Origin: Octopus sinensis
Lineage: Eukaryota
Assembly: GCF_006345805.1 (NCBI RefSeq)
Contig: NW_021828044.1
Location: 1-37,450 of the forward strand
Direction: 5' to 3'
Length of the DNA: 37,450 nt
The first letter of the stretch is position 1; the number at the start of each line of letters is the position of its first letter. Below, one piece after another: positions 35,665 through 37,450 of the stretch. A program made the position numbers and the translations under genes. The notes beneath the pieces were generated by a model. That model did not search any database and was not told the DNA's origin. It worked only from the letters and a program-made list of their open reading frames with translations.

Positions 35665-36010
35665 TTTACATATATTTACATATATAAATCTGTGTATTAA
35701 ATAGTAAATAAATATATAATTATATAATTATTCTGCTGTATCTGAGGAGAATCGTTCTCTTATGGTGCCTTTTAACTGGTAAAATTTCGACTTAATTTCT
35801 TTTTTTATTTTTCTAAACTTTTCGTTGCGTCTCGCAACCTTTTGGATAATTTTATTATCCCTTCAAATTGAAATTTACTATTCAATTTAAATAATTACAG
35901 CTAACATAGAATTATACTGTAATACAATTTACATAAGAAATTAGTATGTTTATCTACTCACAATATTCTATATACCTATATACTTATACACATATACATA
36001 TATACATATA

Positions 36011-36609
36011 CAGGGGGTGGACAAAATAATGGAAGCACCTAGCATGATAGCATCATAATTTTGAAATATCTATAAAACCGTCAAAGGTGTGTTTATTTTT
36101 ATGTTTTTTTTTATTATTAGTGTTGCTTAATATGTTTTGCTAAAATTGCTGTTATTTTTTTCCAGATTTCAACAGAAAAGATAATTAAAATTCATTAAAA
36201 TGACAGATCTATCGGACTTTCGATTTGGTCGAATTGTTGGTGCATAACGAAAACAGCCTAAATGTTTGGTGTGTCAAGAAGTGCTGTTTCGAAAGTAATG
36301 ACAGCTTTTGAGAAAGAGGGAAAAACCTCCTCGTCGAAACAAAACTCTGGAAGAAAACCAAAACTTTCAGATAGGGACCGTCGGACTCTTACGCGAATTC
36401 TTAGAAAGGATCACAAAAGTACAACTCCCAAAATTACTGCAGAGCTTAATGACCACCTCGAGAACCCAGTTTCCACAAAAACTGTTCGCCGGAAGCTGCA
36501 CAAAGCCATAGAATTCAAGCTGTAATTACTGCCAAAAGTGGTTCTACTCCATATTAAAATAGATTTGTTTGAAATTTGAAGGTGTTTCCATTATTTTGTC
36601 CAACACCTG
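36011..36609 (+). mobile_element. Internally deleted Tc1/mariner element
   Basis: 30-bp TIRs matching at 27 of 30 positions (cagg(g/t)g(g/t)tggacaaaataatggaa(g/a)cacct), TA on both sides, and transposase remnants. Confidence 0.9.
36200..36557 (+). pseudogene. Tc1 transposase remnant: N-terminal HTH region joined to the last C-terminal residues, DDE domain absent
   Basis: MTDLSDF..GRIVGA, FGVSRSAVSKV and SGRKPKLSDRDRRTL, then RIQAVITAKSGSTPY-stop after the junction at about 36508. Confidence 0.85.
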
Positions 36610-36685
36610 TACATATAAATTATAAATTCAAACTTACACATACATATATGTATACACACATACACACACATATACATATATATGC

Positions 36686-36954
36686 ATTCTTTTATTCTTC
36701 TATTTGTTTCAGTCATCTTGACTGCGGCCATTCTGGGGCACCGCCTTTAGTCGAACAAATCGACCCCAGGACTTATTCTTTGTAAGCCTAGTACTTATTC
36801 TATCGGTCTCTTTTGGCAAACCGCTCAGTTACGGGGACGTAAACAGCAACATCGTTTGTCAAGAGATGGTGATGGGACTAACACAGATACACAAACATTT
36901 ACATACACACACACACATGCACACACACACACACGCACACACACACACACACAC

Positions 36955-37027
<73 letters not shown>

Positions 37028-37371
37028 CATATAAAGTTAATCCAAACATGAAAACACAAAGAGAAAACACAACAACGCGAGGACGTGGAACAAATAAAGT
37101 ATTATTGGACGCTCAGGAAGGAAACAAAGGAGGAGGATTTAAGGTTTCGAGCGGAGCTCTTCGTCAGAAACATAGGAAAAGGAAAGATCCAAAGAAGGGA
37201 AGACGGAGGAAAATAATCGCCAACGATACACACATACGATGGGCTTCTTTCGGTTTCCATCAACCAAATCTATTCACAAGGCTTTGGTCGGCCCGAGGCT
37301 ATAGTACAAGACACTTGCGCAAGGTGTCATGCAGTGGGACTGAACCCGGATCCGTGTGGTTGGTTGGCAAA
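36686..37371 (-). mobile_element. Dominant SINE with an insert (37033-37233) in its central CA/TA tract
   Basis: 3' half at 36686-36885 and 5' half at 37234-37371. Confidence 0.8.
37135..37172 (-). ncRNA. Minimal type I hammerhead ribozyme-like motif, probably one substitution from the active form
   Basis: Minus strand reads gttt CTGACGA a gagc tcc gctc GAAA cctt aaat: CUGANGA core, 4-bp stem II, GAAA, and a short stem I (uuu/aaa). Confidence 0.6.
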
Positions 37372-37450
37372 TAAATTCTAAATAATGTATAACATAAAAT
37401 ATATAGCACATATAACATTTATTCAATATAATACACACACACTAATACAC

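Larger units (their letters stand above)
33055..36009. repeat. Tandem duplication of about 1.53 kb (units 33055-34475 and 34585-36009)
   Basis: Constant offset of 1530-1535 across the unit and only a handful of substitutions outside microsatellites. Confidence 0.95.

Overview
AT-rich, repeat-saturated eukaryotic DNA. The repeat landscape (tRNA-headed SINEs with a central TA/CA microsatellite, Dong/R4 and CR1-group LINEs, dense microsatellites) is most consistent with an Octopus genome; this is an inference from repeat families, not a database result. No host protein-coding gene is supported. The window holds two near-full-length CR1-group LINEs (A, about 3626-8286, decayed; B, about 25820-30440, with ORF1 and RT open but the endonuclease internally deleted), a 5'-truncated L1/Tx1 element in a GATA satellite, two stacked Dong/R4 copies in (TAA)n, an internally deleted Tc1, two Merlin-like MITEs, non-autonomous Helitrons, about 15 SINE copies or fragments, several long palindromes and a 1.53 kb tandem duplication. 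The three most interesting signals are: (1) both LINEs encode an ORF1 with a Myb/SANT-trihelix-like N-terminus plus CCCH zinc finger(s); (2) the LINE-B 3' UTR shares a 39-nt tail and a covarying stem-loop with the dominant SINE, suggesting a partner LINE; (3) several short TC-rich inserts carry minimal hammerhead-ribozyme cores, as in Penelope-like LTRs or retrozymes. Coordinates were read by eye and element boundaries may be off by a few bases.
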